IMG/VR virus record: IMGVR_UViG_3300023184_000026
Span: 186,001 to 250,000 of that record
Length of the DNA stretch: 64,000 nt
Strand: one strand, 5' to 3'
The position numbers and the translations under genes are program-made. This document shows, in pieces, positions 8,706 through 15,935 of this stretch (its first letter is position 1; every line of letters begins with the position of its first letter). The notes beneath the pieces are model-generated. The model did not search any database. It was not told where the DNA came from and saw only the letters and a list, made by a program, of their open reading frames with translations.

Positions 8706-9095
8706 ATGAAACTCATTACCAAAGAAATTGATTCTAAACTGACTGCTGCTGGCGACACTGGCACCAAGGTCATCTGCAAGTTCTTTAACCCCTGTGGTGC
8801 GGGCACGTGGCTCATCACAGGTCGTGACCCAGAAGAGCCAGACATTCTGTGGGGTGCTGCTGACATTGGCTTTGGTTGCGTGGAGTTTGGCACCATCAGC
8901 CTAAGCGAACTGGAGAATGTGAAGCTCAGGTTTGGGCTCAAGATTGAGCGTGATCTGCATTGCAGCGTTGAAGGTGCAGACGTGAACACGTTTCTTGACC
9001 GCGACAGTCTGTGCGGCTTGCAGGAAACCGAAGATCGCGGTGCGCACGAGGCCGTGAACACGTTTCTTGACCGCGACAGTCTGTGCGGCGTCTAA
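8706..9095 (+). CDS. DUF2958-like protein with duplicated C-terminus
   Basis: KFFNPCGAGTWLIT...GAADIGFGCVEFGTISLSELE...IERDLH. Confidence 0.8.
   Translation: MKLITKEIDSKLTAAGDTGTKVICKFFNPCGAGTWLITGRDPEEPDILWGAADIGFGCVEFGTISLSELENVKLRFGLKIERDLHCSVEGADVNTFLDRDSLCGLQETEDRGAHEAVNTFLDRDSLCGV
8981..9089 (+). repeat. perfect 37-bp direct repeat x2 with 35-bp spacer
   Basis: CGTGAACACGTTTCTTGACCGCGACAGTCTGTGCGGC at 8981-9017 and 9053-9089. Confidence 0.95.
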
Positions 9096-9096
9096 A

Positions 9097-9258
9097 ATGA
9101 ACGACAAAATTCATGCCGCTATTGGCAACTGTCCGAAATGCGGAAAACAGTTTTGGTTAAATGATGTTCCCCTCAAGGGGTTCTGTTGGGGCACCGAAGA
9201 AAAACCACACGTCCAAGTTGTAAAAAAAATTCCATCCAGCGTTCAACCTTACAAATAA
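9097..9258 (+). CDS. small zinc-ribbon protein
   Basis: CPKCG...CWG...H. Confidence 0.55.
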   Translation: MNDKIHAAIGNCPKCGKQFWLNDVPLKGFCWGTEEKPHVQVVKKIPSSVQPYK

Positions 9259-9259
9259 A

Positions 9260-9487
9260 ATGGCTAAAAAACTATATCGTATTCCTGTTGAGTGGGCTGT
9301 AACAGGCACGTTGCTTGTTGAAGCAGAAAGTCTAGAAGAAGCATTGCTTGAAGCAGAAGATGCTCCTTTGCCAGAACCCGAGGATTATATTGAAGGTACA
9401 TTTGAGATCAATCGTCAAATGATTTCGTTTGTCAACAAGAAATTGACAAAAGAAGAAAAAGATTTTTGTGAAAGAGAAATAATTTAA
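9260..9487 (+). CDS. DpnD/PcfM-like acidic protein
   Basis: KLYRIPVEWAVTGTLLVEAESLEEA. Confidence 0.7.
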   Translation: MAKKLYRIPVEWAVTGTLLVEAESLEEALLEAEDAPLPEPEDYIEGTFEINRQMISFVNKKLTKEEKDFCEREII

Positions 9488-9781
9488 AAATCTTTAACGA
9501 TTTTTTAGTTTTGTTTTGACTTAATAAAAAAAGTTGCTATTTATTATGAGTAGCAACTTTATTTTTTCCCATGAAACTCTCAAATTCATCTGGGTTTTCG
9601 TTCATATACAATCACCCTGCTCTCACCGTCGTTAAATCGACTCCTGCTTACGTCAAGATAAATCCAGAAAACAAAACAAAACTTGTGTTAGAAAAAAGAG
9701 AAGAAAACAAGAAAAAGAATTGACAATTTTATAATCGGTGACATGCTAATATATGTTAGATAATAACATTATGGGTTTGTT

Positions 9782-10843
9782 CTATTGAAATCTACCATTG
9801 GGTGCTTTATTACACCCAATTGATTCTATGGATTTTGCTCGTCTGTAACTGTTGTTGGGAACTATTATTCCCATCAGCATGCATCTCTTTTTTAATCCAA
9901 CATCACTCAACCCAAATTGAGGACCAAGTTTTGATAAAGGAGTATTATTGACCATTTCTTGCAATTGTTCTTTTTCCGGCAGTTGAATTTTTCTGGATGC
10001 ATGGTTATGAATATTGGCACATTTTTTACAACGAATTGAACGTTGTGCAATATTTTTATCACAATCTTTACACTTTTTTTGTTCTTTTTTCTTGTTTATT
10101 GGTATGTATACATCATACTGAAAATTACTTACGGGTCTATGGTGAAACTGGATATCATCTCGTGCTTCTACCGCGAAGTTCTCAATTCGAATTTGAGTAG
10201 ACCCACCACTCTTCCAAACATCATAATCAAAATCATTGAGTAGTGGTACATTGACAATTGTGTCCAGAAGCGAAGAAATATATTCGCTTTTGAAGCATAA
10301 TGAATAATGTATTTCTATTATTTTCCACCCAGCAGCAGTAATCAAATCATGTTTTTCTTGATAATATGGTTTTAATTTTCCTATAGCGTCATAGTGCTGA
10401 TTTCCATTAATTTCTAAACATACCATTTTTTCCGGAAATGCAATATCCACAGCAAATGATCTATCTATTAATGGGGTAAATTCTGGCAAAAATTTTATAT
10501 TCTTTGACAAAATAAACTCTTTTAGTTTCTCACACGGAACTGATTTAAACTTTGAATGACGTTTCCAAACGTGCTTATCTGGATTTTCTTTTAGCCACAC
10601 TTTTCTTTTGTCAGATATTATCTTCTTGGCTTCTGATGTATGCTTACGAAAACCTCCACAATCTTTACAATAGAGTGAACGTGGCTTGGCATCTTTATCG
10701 CATTTTTCACATTTTTTAACTTTTCTTCGTTTTCTGCTTGGATTTTTTTCACACCATCTAATGTGATTTGCTTTTTTGTGGGGAGATAAGTCAAATTCTA
10801 AATCACAGTGTTGACAGGTCCATTTACTCGGTGTATTTTCCAT
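9782..10843 (-). CDS. putative homing endonuclease: Zn fingers plus DUF559/Vsr-like PD-(D/E)XK domain
   Basis: CQHC...HIRWC, CEKC/CKDC; FAVDIAFPEKMVCLEINGNQHY...GWKIIEIH; C-terminal CKDC...CKKC and HTH-like tail. Confidence 0.8.
   Translation of the reverse strand: MENTPSKWTCQHCDLEFDLSPHKKANHIRWCEKNPSRKRRKVKKCEKCDKDAKPRSLYCKDCGGFRKHTSEAKKIISDKRKVWLKENPDKHVWKRHSKFKSVPCEKLKEFILSKNIKFLPEFTPLIDRSFAVDIAFPEKMVCLEINGNQHYDAIGKLKPYYQEKHDLITAAGWKIIEIHYSLCFKSEYISSLLDTIVNVPLLNDFDYDVWKSGGSTQIRIENFAVEARDDIQFHHRPVSNFQYDVYIPINKKKEQKKCKDCDKNIAQRSIRCKKCANIHNHASRKIQLPEKEQLQEMVNNTPLSKLGPQFGLSDVGLKKRCMLMGIIVPNNSYRRAKSIESIGCNKAPNGRFQ
10133..10208 (+). tRNA. tRNA-Arg(TCT), nested antisense inside the nuclease ORF
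   Basis: GGGTCTA/TAGACCC, D stem GTGA/TCAT, TCGTG-CTTCTAC-CGCGA, CTCAA-TTCGAAT-TTGAG, ACCA; 76 nt. Confidence 0.9.
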
Positions 10844-10975
10844 ATCAATATATATCCGAAATCAAACCCAAAACGCAACATTATTTAAAAATTTTATTTT
10901 CATAGTTCAAGTCACCAATTTTTGTTTGACTTTCATAAAAACTCCGCTAGAGTAAAGTGAATGTTCTTTTTTACT

Positions 10976-11047
10976 CCTCCTATAGCTCAACGGTAGAGCG
11001 AAGAACTCATAATTCTTGGGTTACAGGTTCGAATCCTGTTGGGAGGA
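10976..11047 (+). tRNA. tRNA with CAT anticodon (Met or lysidine-Ile2); no encoded CCA
   Basis: CCTCCTA/TGGGAGG, AAGAA-CTCATAA-TTCTT, GGTTCGAATCC. Confidence 0.88.
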
Positions 11048-11095
11048 CTATTTTGTTCTTTACTTTTTATAAAAATCTGCTAGAATATCTAAACA

Positions 11096-11311
11096 ATGAA
11101 AAATATCTCATTTCGCTCTCTTGTTATTGATTTGCTTGATTCGCCTGATGGCATTCCAGAACCTACTTATGTAAAGTTGGTTGAATTTGCTGAAACAAAC
11201 CATCCAGATACATATGCTGACATTTGGGATGCCACAGAAGGTGGTGATGGGAACAATGGTTATTGTGTGTATCTTGATGAAGATACTGCACAAGAATTGC
11301 GCAAAAAGTAA
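11096..11311 (+). CDS. hypothetical early protein
   Basis: Own promoter at ~11060. Confidence 0.7.
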   Translation: MKNISFRSLVIDLLDSPDGIPEPTYVKLVEFAETNHPDTYADIWDATEGGDGNNGYCVYLDEDTAQELRKK

Positions 11312-11320
11312 TTTACACGT

Positions 11321-11394
11321 GGGAGGTTAGTTTAATGGTAAAACTGGTGCTTTATAGGCGCTTGTTGGGGGTTCGAATCCCTCACCTCCTACCA
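11321..11394 (+). tRNA. tRNA-Ile(TAT)
   Basis: GGGAGGT/ACCTCCT, GGTGC-TTTATAG-GCGCT, GGTTCGAATCC, ACCA. Confidence 0.85.
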
Positions 11395-11463
11395 CTTTTT
11401 TATTGACATTTATAAAAACTCTGCTAGAGTAGATAAAGTTAAGTAGAGGTTCTTTCATATTTT

Positions 11464-11538
11464 GGTCTTGTAGCTCAATGGTAGAGCAGTTGACTTTTAA
11501 TCAATTGGTTGTGGGTTCAAATCCCACCGAGACCACCA
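11464..11538 (+). tRNA. tRNA-Lys(TTT)
   Basis: GGTCTTG/CGAGACC, GTTGA-CTTTTAA-TCAAT, GGTTCAAATCC, ACCA. Confidence 0.93.
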
Positions 11539-11541
11539 TTT

Positions 11542-11638
11542 TCAAGTAGATACCCGTTTAATGAAAATAATCGCCCAATATGTCTGAGGCTGATTACTAC
11601 GGTGCGGAAATTGACAAATACACCGAACATCTACTTGA
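11542..11638 (+). ncRNA. putative closed-stem structured RNA
   Basis: Terminal TCAAGTAGAT/ATCTACTTGA perfect 10-bp stem; inner AATCGCC/GGCTGATT and CGGTG/CACCG stems. Confidence 0.5.
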
Positions 11639-11823
11639 TTCAATTTATCCTTACTCAAAGAAGGAGGTAACTTACTCTTTGAAGGAGGATATCAGCGATG
11701 AACCCAAAAACAAGGAGGGAGTGGGCTCGGTTCCCATAATAGTGCGTGAAAGCTCGCACCATCGCACAATTTTAGTTTGACAAAATATAAAATACGTTCA
11801 TAGTTATGTATGTTCTTTTTCAG

Positions 11824-11909
11824 GCCAACTTCGCATAATCTGGCATTGCAGCACTTTTGTAAAGTGCCGTCGAAAGACATTATCGGTTCAAATCCGTTAG
11901 TTGGCTCCA
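11824..11909 (+). tRNA. tRNA-Thr(TGT) with long variable arm
   Basis: GCCAACT/AGTTGGC, GCACT-TTTGTAA-AGTGC, variable arm GTC-GAAA-GAC, GGTTCAAATCC, TCCA. Confidence 0.8.
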
Positions 11910-11963
11910 CTTTATTTATCTCATATCGCGATACTTATGTTTGTTCTTTTTACATTTTTATTT

Positions 11964-12076
11964 GAGGCGGCGGCGTGGAAGGACACGCAGCCTTTCGAGT
12001 CTATGACAACAAGAGACCCCGCTAAGTTGCGGTTAATTGGCGTTGTCAGTTGGTATCAATTCCAACCCGTCCTCTA
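11964..12076 (+). ncRNA. tRNA-like RNA with D and T arms but an expanded central region
   Basis: GAGGCGG/CCGTCCTC, GCGT-GGAAGGAC-ACGC, GTTGG-TATCAATT-CCAAC; centre TGACAAC/GTTGTCA and CCGC-TAAGTT-GCGG. Confidence 0.55.
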
Positions 12077-12081
12077 TTTTT

Positions 12082-12156
12082 GGCCCTATAGTTTATCGGT
12101 TAGAACATTCGGTTTTCATCCGGAAGGGCGGGATTCGATTTCCCGTAGGGCTACCA
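12082..12156 (+). tRNA. tRNA-Glu(TTC)
   Basis: GGCCCTA/TAGGGCT, TTCGG-TTTTCAT-CCGGA, CGGGA-TTCGATT-TCCCG, ACCA. Confidence 0.9.
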
Positions 12157-12159
12157 ATT

Positions 12160-12261
12160 TCAGACAGAGGTGCAAGTAAGTATTCTACATCCTCTGGAGT
12201 ATTGCATAAGGTGCTTGACAGCAATAAATAACAGGACTAATTATCCTGCCTCTGTATCTGA
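12160..12261 (+). ncRNA. putative closed-stem structured RNA
   Basis: TCAGA-CAGAGG / CCTCTG-TA-TCTGA terminal stem; inner CAGGA/TCCTG and TGCAA/TTGCA. Confidence 0.45.
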
Positions 12262-12440
12262 TTTAATTTTTCGTAACGCTAAAAATCGGAAGCATGAGTG
12301 ATCAATCTTCAAAAGATTCGCTGTTGCTGTAAATATTTTCACAGGTCGCTCTGTTGAAACTCTAAAGGTTATGTCGAGCGCTAGTGACCCTTGCCGGTAT
12401 CACACAGGTTGACCTCTAATCTTTAGAGAATTCTTTTTAC

Positions 12441-12582
12441 GCAGTGTTAGTGTAACTGAACTATATGAAACAAATTGGTAGGCTGAGGCGTGCTGAACGT
12501 CGCTGGAACCAGCCAAAATGAATCATTTGCACGTTGGCTTTCCAGCCAAAAGTGGGCCGCGTGTTCGGCTCACACTGCTCCA
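12441..12582 (+). ncRNA. tRNA-Gly(TCC)-like RNA with ~70-nt insertion in the D-loop
   Basis: GCAGTGT/ACACTGC-TCCA acceptor, GTGT/GCAC D stem, TTGGC-TTTCCA-GCCAA (6-nt loop), non-canonical T arm. Confidence 0.6.
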
Positions 12583-12624
12583 ATTTTTCTTGACTTTTTA
12601 TAAATTTAGTTCACTATTACTGAT

Positions 12625-12810
12625 ATGAAACTTAACCCTGGCAATTGTTACATTCAAAAGTTCTTCAATTACGATTATGAAAAATGGGATGATGAGATTA
12701 TCAAGAACAATCCATCTTGCATCTTTCATCTGATCGAGGTTGTGAAGAACAACCCAGATGACGAAAACAACTTGTTACGAAAATTTAATCTTAATCCTGA
12801 CTTTTTTTAA
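12625..12810 (+). CDS. hypothetical early protein
   Basis: Promoter at 12590, ATG at +35. Confidence 0.65.
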   Translation: MKLNPGNCYIQKFFNYDYEKWDDEIIKNNPSCIFHLIEVVKNNPDDENNLLRKFNLNPDFF

Positions 12811-12830
12811 TTTAGTTCATTCTCTGAGTT

Positions 12831-13043
12831 ATGCACTTTTATTACTTTACCACTTATACGTCAACGGAATCCACGCAAACAGGTTTTGCTTGGAAAGTTA
12901 ATTCAGCTTTGGATAAACGCGAAGTTATAAATTTTATTTCTGCCAAGTATCACGACAACAAGCCGCCTTTTGTTTCAGAAATGAAACCGAGTAACTGGAA
13001 ATTTTGCGGTAAAATGCGCAAAGAATTGTTAAAACTTTCTTGA
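12831..13043 (+). CDS. hypothetical early protein
   Basis: Promoter at ~12797; TGA stop lies inside next TTGACT. Confidence 0.65.
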   Translation: MHFYYFTTYTSTESTQTGFAWKVNSALDKREVINFISAKYHDNKPPFVSEMKPSNWKFCGKMRKELLKLS

Positions 13044-13074
13044 CTTTCTATAAAAAACAATCAATCTATTCTAT

Positions 13075-13674
13075 ATGGGCTACACACATTATTTTAAAAA
13101 CAAACCTGCTTTCACTGATAGTCAGTGGGCTGCATTGACTGAGGACGTAAAGAAACTGATTAAAAATTCAAATGTGCCGTTGGGTGATGCCAATGGTGAA
13201 ATTGGCAGCAAGCCAGTTTTTAATAGTCGGCACATCATGTTCAATGGTATCGGTGACCCATCGTCCGCAGTGACTCCGGCGCCGATCGCGCCGGGTGCGC
13301 CGACGGGAATTAGTGCGACCGGCGGCAACGGCAGCGCGACGGTGAGTTTTACGGCGCCAAGTGACGGCGGTTCCGCGATCACCGGCTACACGGTGACGGC
13401 GACGCCAGCGGGCGGAGGCACGCCGATTACAGCGACGGGTACGTCTTCGCCGATCACGGTGACTGGGCTGACCAACGGCACGAGCTACACCTTCACGGCC
13501 ACGGCGACCAACGCCATTGGCACGGGTACAGAAACAAATATATTTGCTGATAATAACACGGTTCTCAGAGACATTGAAACAATTTTGTTTGATAAGTATC
13601 GCTTGCGATCTGATGATGCGTCTGCTGCAAGTTTGGAAATTATAGAGATTGTTTGCAAGCATCTTTCTAAATAA
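13075..13674 (+). CDS. chimeric protein: phage MGYTHY-type N-terminus, fibronectin type III domain, unrelated tail
   Basis: PGAPTGISAT...ATVSFTAPSDGGSAITGYTV...TVTGLTNGTSYTFTATATNAIGTG is a textbook FN3; encoded by GC-rich DNA 13258-13527. Confidence 0.85.
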   Translation: MGYTHYFKNKPAFTDSQWAALTEDVKKLIKNSNVPLGDANGEIGSKPVFNSRHIMFNGIGDPSSAVTPAPIAPGAPTGISATGGNGSATVSFTAPSDGGSAITGYTVTATPAGGGTPITATGTSSPITVTGLTNGTSYTFTATATNAIGTGTETNIFADNNTVLRDIETILFDKYRLRSDDASAASLEIIEIVCKHLSK

Positions 13675-13694
13675 GTTTGATATTTATTAGTATT

Positions 13695-14300
13695 ATGATA
13701 AATAACATTTTTGAAAACATCGGCGGAAATAAATTCAAAGTTGTGAATGAAACAACACTGAGTCGTGTATGGCAACACATCACCAACAGCGAAAGTTTTG
13801 CTGTTATTTCTCCATTCAGAAATGAAAATACTTTAGAAAAGAACATGCAGTTGTTTGCACAATTAAAAGCAGATGTGCGTGCTTTGAAGCATGGATATAT
13901 TGAGCAAAAGTCTGGATATACATATGATGATGGCACTCCTGCTGAAGAAAGATCATTGTTTATTCCAGAAATTTCATTTGATGATGCAGTAAAGTTGGGT
14001 AAAAAATATGTTCAAGAAACCATCATTTATAAAGATGCACAACAGTTTGTTCTTTATAATCCAACGTCAAAACAAATTGTGATGAACTTTTCCAAAAAGG
14101 ATGCTGTTACATTCAATCCAGATGTTCTGAAATATGCTTATTCTCAATTCTTAAACAGCAGAACCAAAAACTCTATGAAGCCGTTTGCATTTGTTGCAAC
14201 AGAAGAATATCATATACCCAGTCGCACAGATTCATATGCAGCAATGAAAGAAAACAAAGGTTTGGCTGTTGGTCAATGGAAAATTTTGTTTAGTTATTGA
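13695..14300 (+). CDS. conserved-looking phage protein with late-type upstream motif
   Basis: TLSRVWQH...FAVISPFR...EERSLFIP...GKKYVQETI; preceded by ATATTTATT rather than the early repeat. Confidence 0.75.
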   Translation: MINNIFENIGGNKFKVVNETTLSRVWQHITNSESFAVISPFRNENTLEKNMQLFAQLKADVRALKHGYIEQKSGYTYDDGTPAEERSLFIPEISFDDAVKLGKKYVQETIIYKDAQQFVLYNPTSKQIVMNFSKKDAVTFNPDVLKYAYSQFLNSRTKNSMKPFAFVATEEYHIPSRTDSYAAMKENKGLAVGQWKILFSY

Positions 14301-14331
14301 CTTTTATAAAAACATTGTTAGTGTTGGGATA

Positions 14332-14426
14332 GTCAATCAACAGAAGCCGTAGCCTAGCGGACGCGCGGTGGGATACTGCCAGCGAAGCATTGCAGAATGA
14401 ATTAGGTCATGATGCAGTTGATTGAC
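14332..14426 (+). ncRNA. putative promoter-driven structured RNA
   Basis: Begins at the +35 position of promoter 14297 where an ATG normally sits; GTCAATCAAC/GTTGATTGAC perfect terminal stem. Confidence 0.6.
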
Positions 14427-14696
14427 AGGTTCTTTATTCAAATAATTTCCGAGGATTGATCTCCTTGGACTCTCATAATACCAACAGACTTCACGAACCT
14501 ATTGATGTTTTGGTTGCCGACAGGTATAAATCTTGATAATAATGAAATAGGCATTGGTCAAGACTGTGCGGCAACGTTAGGTGTTATGAGAGAAATTTTT
14601 ACCGTAGCGAGTTGGTCTCGTAAGTGGGTGGCGCATACTTTACAAACACGCCAGATTTGTCTCGACTTTTTATAAAATTTAGGTCTTAATATATAT

Positions 14697-15296
14697 ATGC
14701 CTCGTAAATCAATTGCTCGCATTGTTCGACCCTCTGGTATTGAAACCAGCGGCAACGGAAAATATTTTTATTGGAAATGCATTGTTTCTGGTCAAGAAAC
14801 ATTTGCTCCAGAACCACGCTTCAAGGATGTTGTCAAGAAATATGGCACTGAAGAAAAGCTGTTCAAGAATTATGTGCTGCGACCTGTTCAGAAATATGTG
14901 GATGCTGGATGGGATTCTGACAGCATCCTAGCCATTCTGAAAGCAAATGATGGCAAGCTGCCAGCATTGGACAATAAGACTGCAAAGGCTGTTAAAAAAT
15001 CCAAAGCATCCAAGAATCTATCTGTGTGTGAGGTTGAGCTAGTCAAACAGCCAGAACAGCCCAAGGTGTTGATTTTTCCTTGGAGCGGCAATCCCGACTA
15101 CTTCAAGAGTCCGCACATGCCTCTCAATTTTGAGAATGAAACTAAAAATAGTTGCGTGTATCCCAATCGCAATCTCAATGATCGTTGCTTTGGCTGTTCT
15201 GTTTATGATGTATGCCAATCGTCTGTCAAGTATTCTCTTGACGACATGAAAAAAACAACCAGTTCAGCAAAAGTCACCAAGTTGAAGTCATTTTAA
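14697..15296 (+). CDS. hypothetical protein with Cys cluster
   Basis: WKCIVSG; C-terminal CVYP...CFGCSVYDVC. Confidence 0.75.
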   Translation: MPRKSIARIVRPSGIETSGNGKYFYWKCIVSGQETFAPEPRFKDVVKKYGTEEKLFKNYVLRPVQKYVDAGWDSDSILAILKANDGKLPALDNKTAKAVKKSKASKNLSVCEVELVKQPEQPKVLIFPWSGNPDYFKSPHMPLNFENETKNSCVYPNRNLNDRCFGCSVYDVCQSSVKYSLDDMKKTTSSAKVTKLKSF

Positions 15297-15341
15297 AAAA
15301 TAAGTCTTGCTTTTTATAAAAACTCTGTCATTGTTTTATTT

Positions 15342-15680
15342 ATGGATCTTTTAACTCTTCGCCAAACCGACCTTATTGTTTCAAGCATTCGCAAAGTATT
15401 TGAAACAAATGACATCAATTATTTAAGCAGCTCTGCTTACAAGTTTCTTAATTTGTCAAGCGGATTCATTGCTCACTATAATCTTTATGGATTTCGTGCT
15501 GCTTATGACAATGTGAATGATCTCAAGGCTCAATTGGCTCAAAGTTATGCAGCAAATCAATGGAGCAATTTTCGGCCAGGTGAGCGTGATTATGATTATA
15601 TGATGCAAAAGAAAGAAATTTACAATCGAATCTGCTCATTGTTTCAGAATGAAGGATACCAATTGAATAGGAGTTGGTAA
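15342..15680 (+). CDS. hypothetical early protein
   Basis: GFIAHYNLYGF; promoter 15307. Confidence 0.75.
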   Translation: MDLLTLRQTDLIVSSIRKVFETNDINYLSSSAYKFLNLSSGFIAHYNLYGFRAAYDNVNDLKAQLAQSYAANQWSNFRPGERDYDYMMQKKEIYNRICSLFQNEGYQLNRSW

Positions 15681-15723
15681 AAATAGAGTTGCTTTTTATA
15701 AAAACTCTGACACTATCTTAAAT

Positions 15724-15888
15724 ATGAATTACAACTATCCTTACCTCGCTGGTTATTTGGAAGGTGCTTTAAAAATGCTTGCAACAGATTATGATTTTCT
15801 TGCTCTCAAAGACAGTGAATCTCGTCAAAATTATGTGCACGCTCGTATCAAAGAAGCATATGAAAGTATGCTCAAAAACCCAAACTAA
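15724..15888 (+). CDS. 54-aa hypothetical early protein
   Basis: MNYNYPYLAGYLEGALK...; promoter 15689. Confidence 0.7.
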   Translation: MNYNYPYLAGYLEGALKMLATDYDFLALKDSESRQNYVHARIKEAYESMLKNPN

Positions 15889-15935
15889 AAAATAGGTCTT
15901 GCTTTTTATAAAAACTCTGCTAGAGTGTATACCAC

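Noticed and set aside
8981-9089. Mini-CRISPR call
   Set aside because: Only two copies, in frame within a CDS, no typical repeat end and no leader or cas genes; kept only as a repeat
10901-10918. GTTCAAGTC-ACCA as a further tRNA
   Set aside because: Only a T-loop-like fragment; no acceptor, D or anticodon arms
11580-12231. ORFs 11580-11780, 11692-11910, 11901-12179 and 12037-12231
   Set aside because: They overlap tRNAs and structured RNAs, lack early-promoter spacing and show no protein motifs, unlike the nuclease ORF that spans tRNA-Arg
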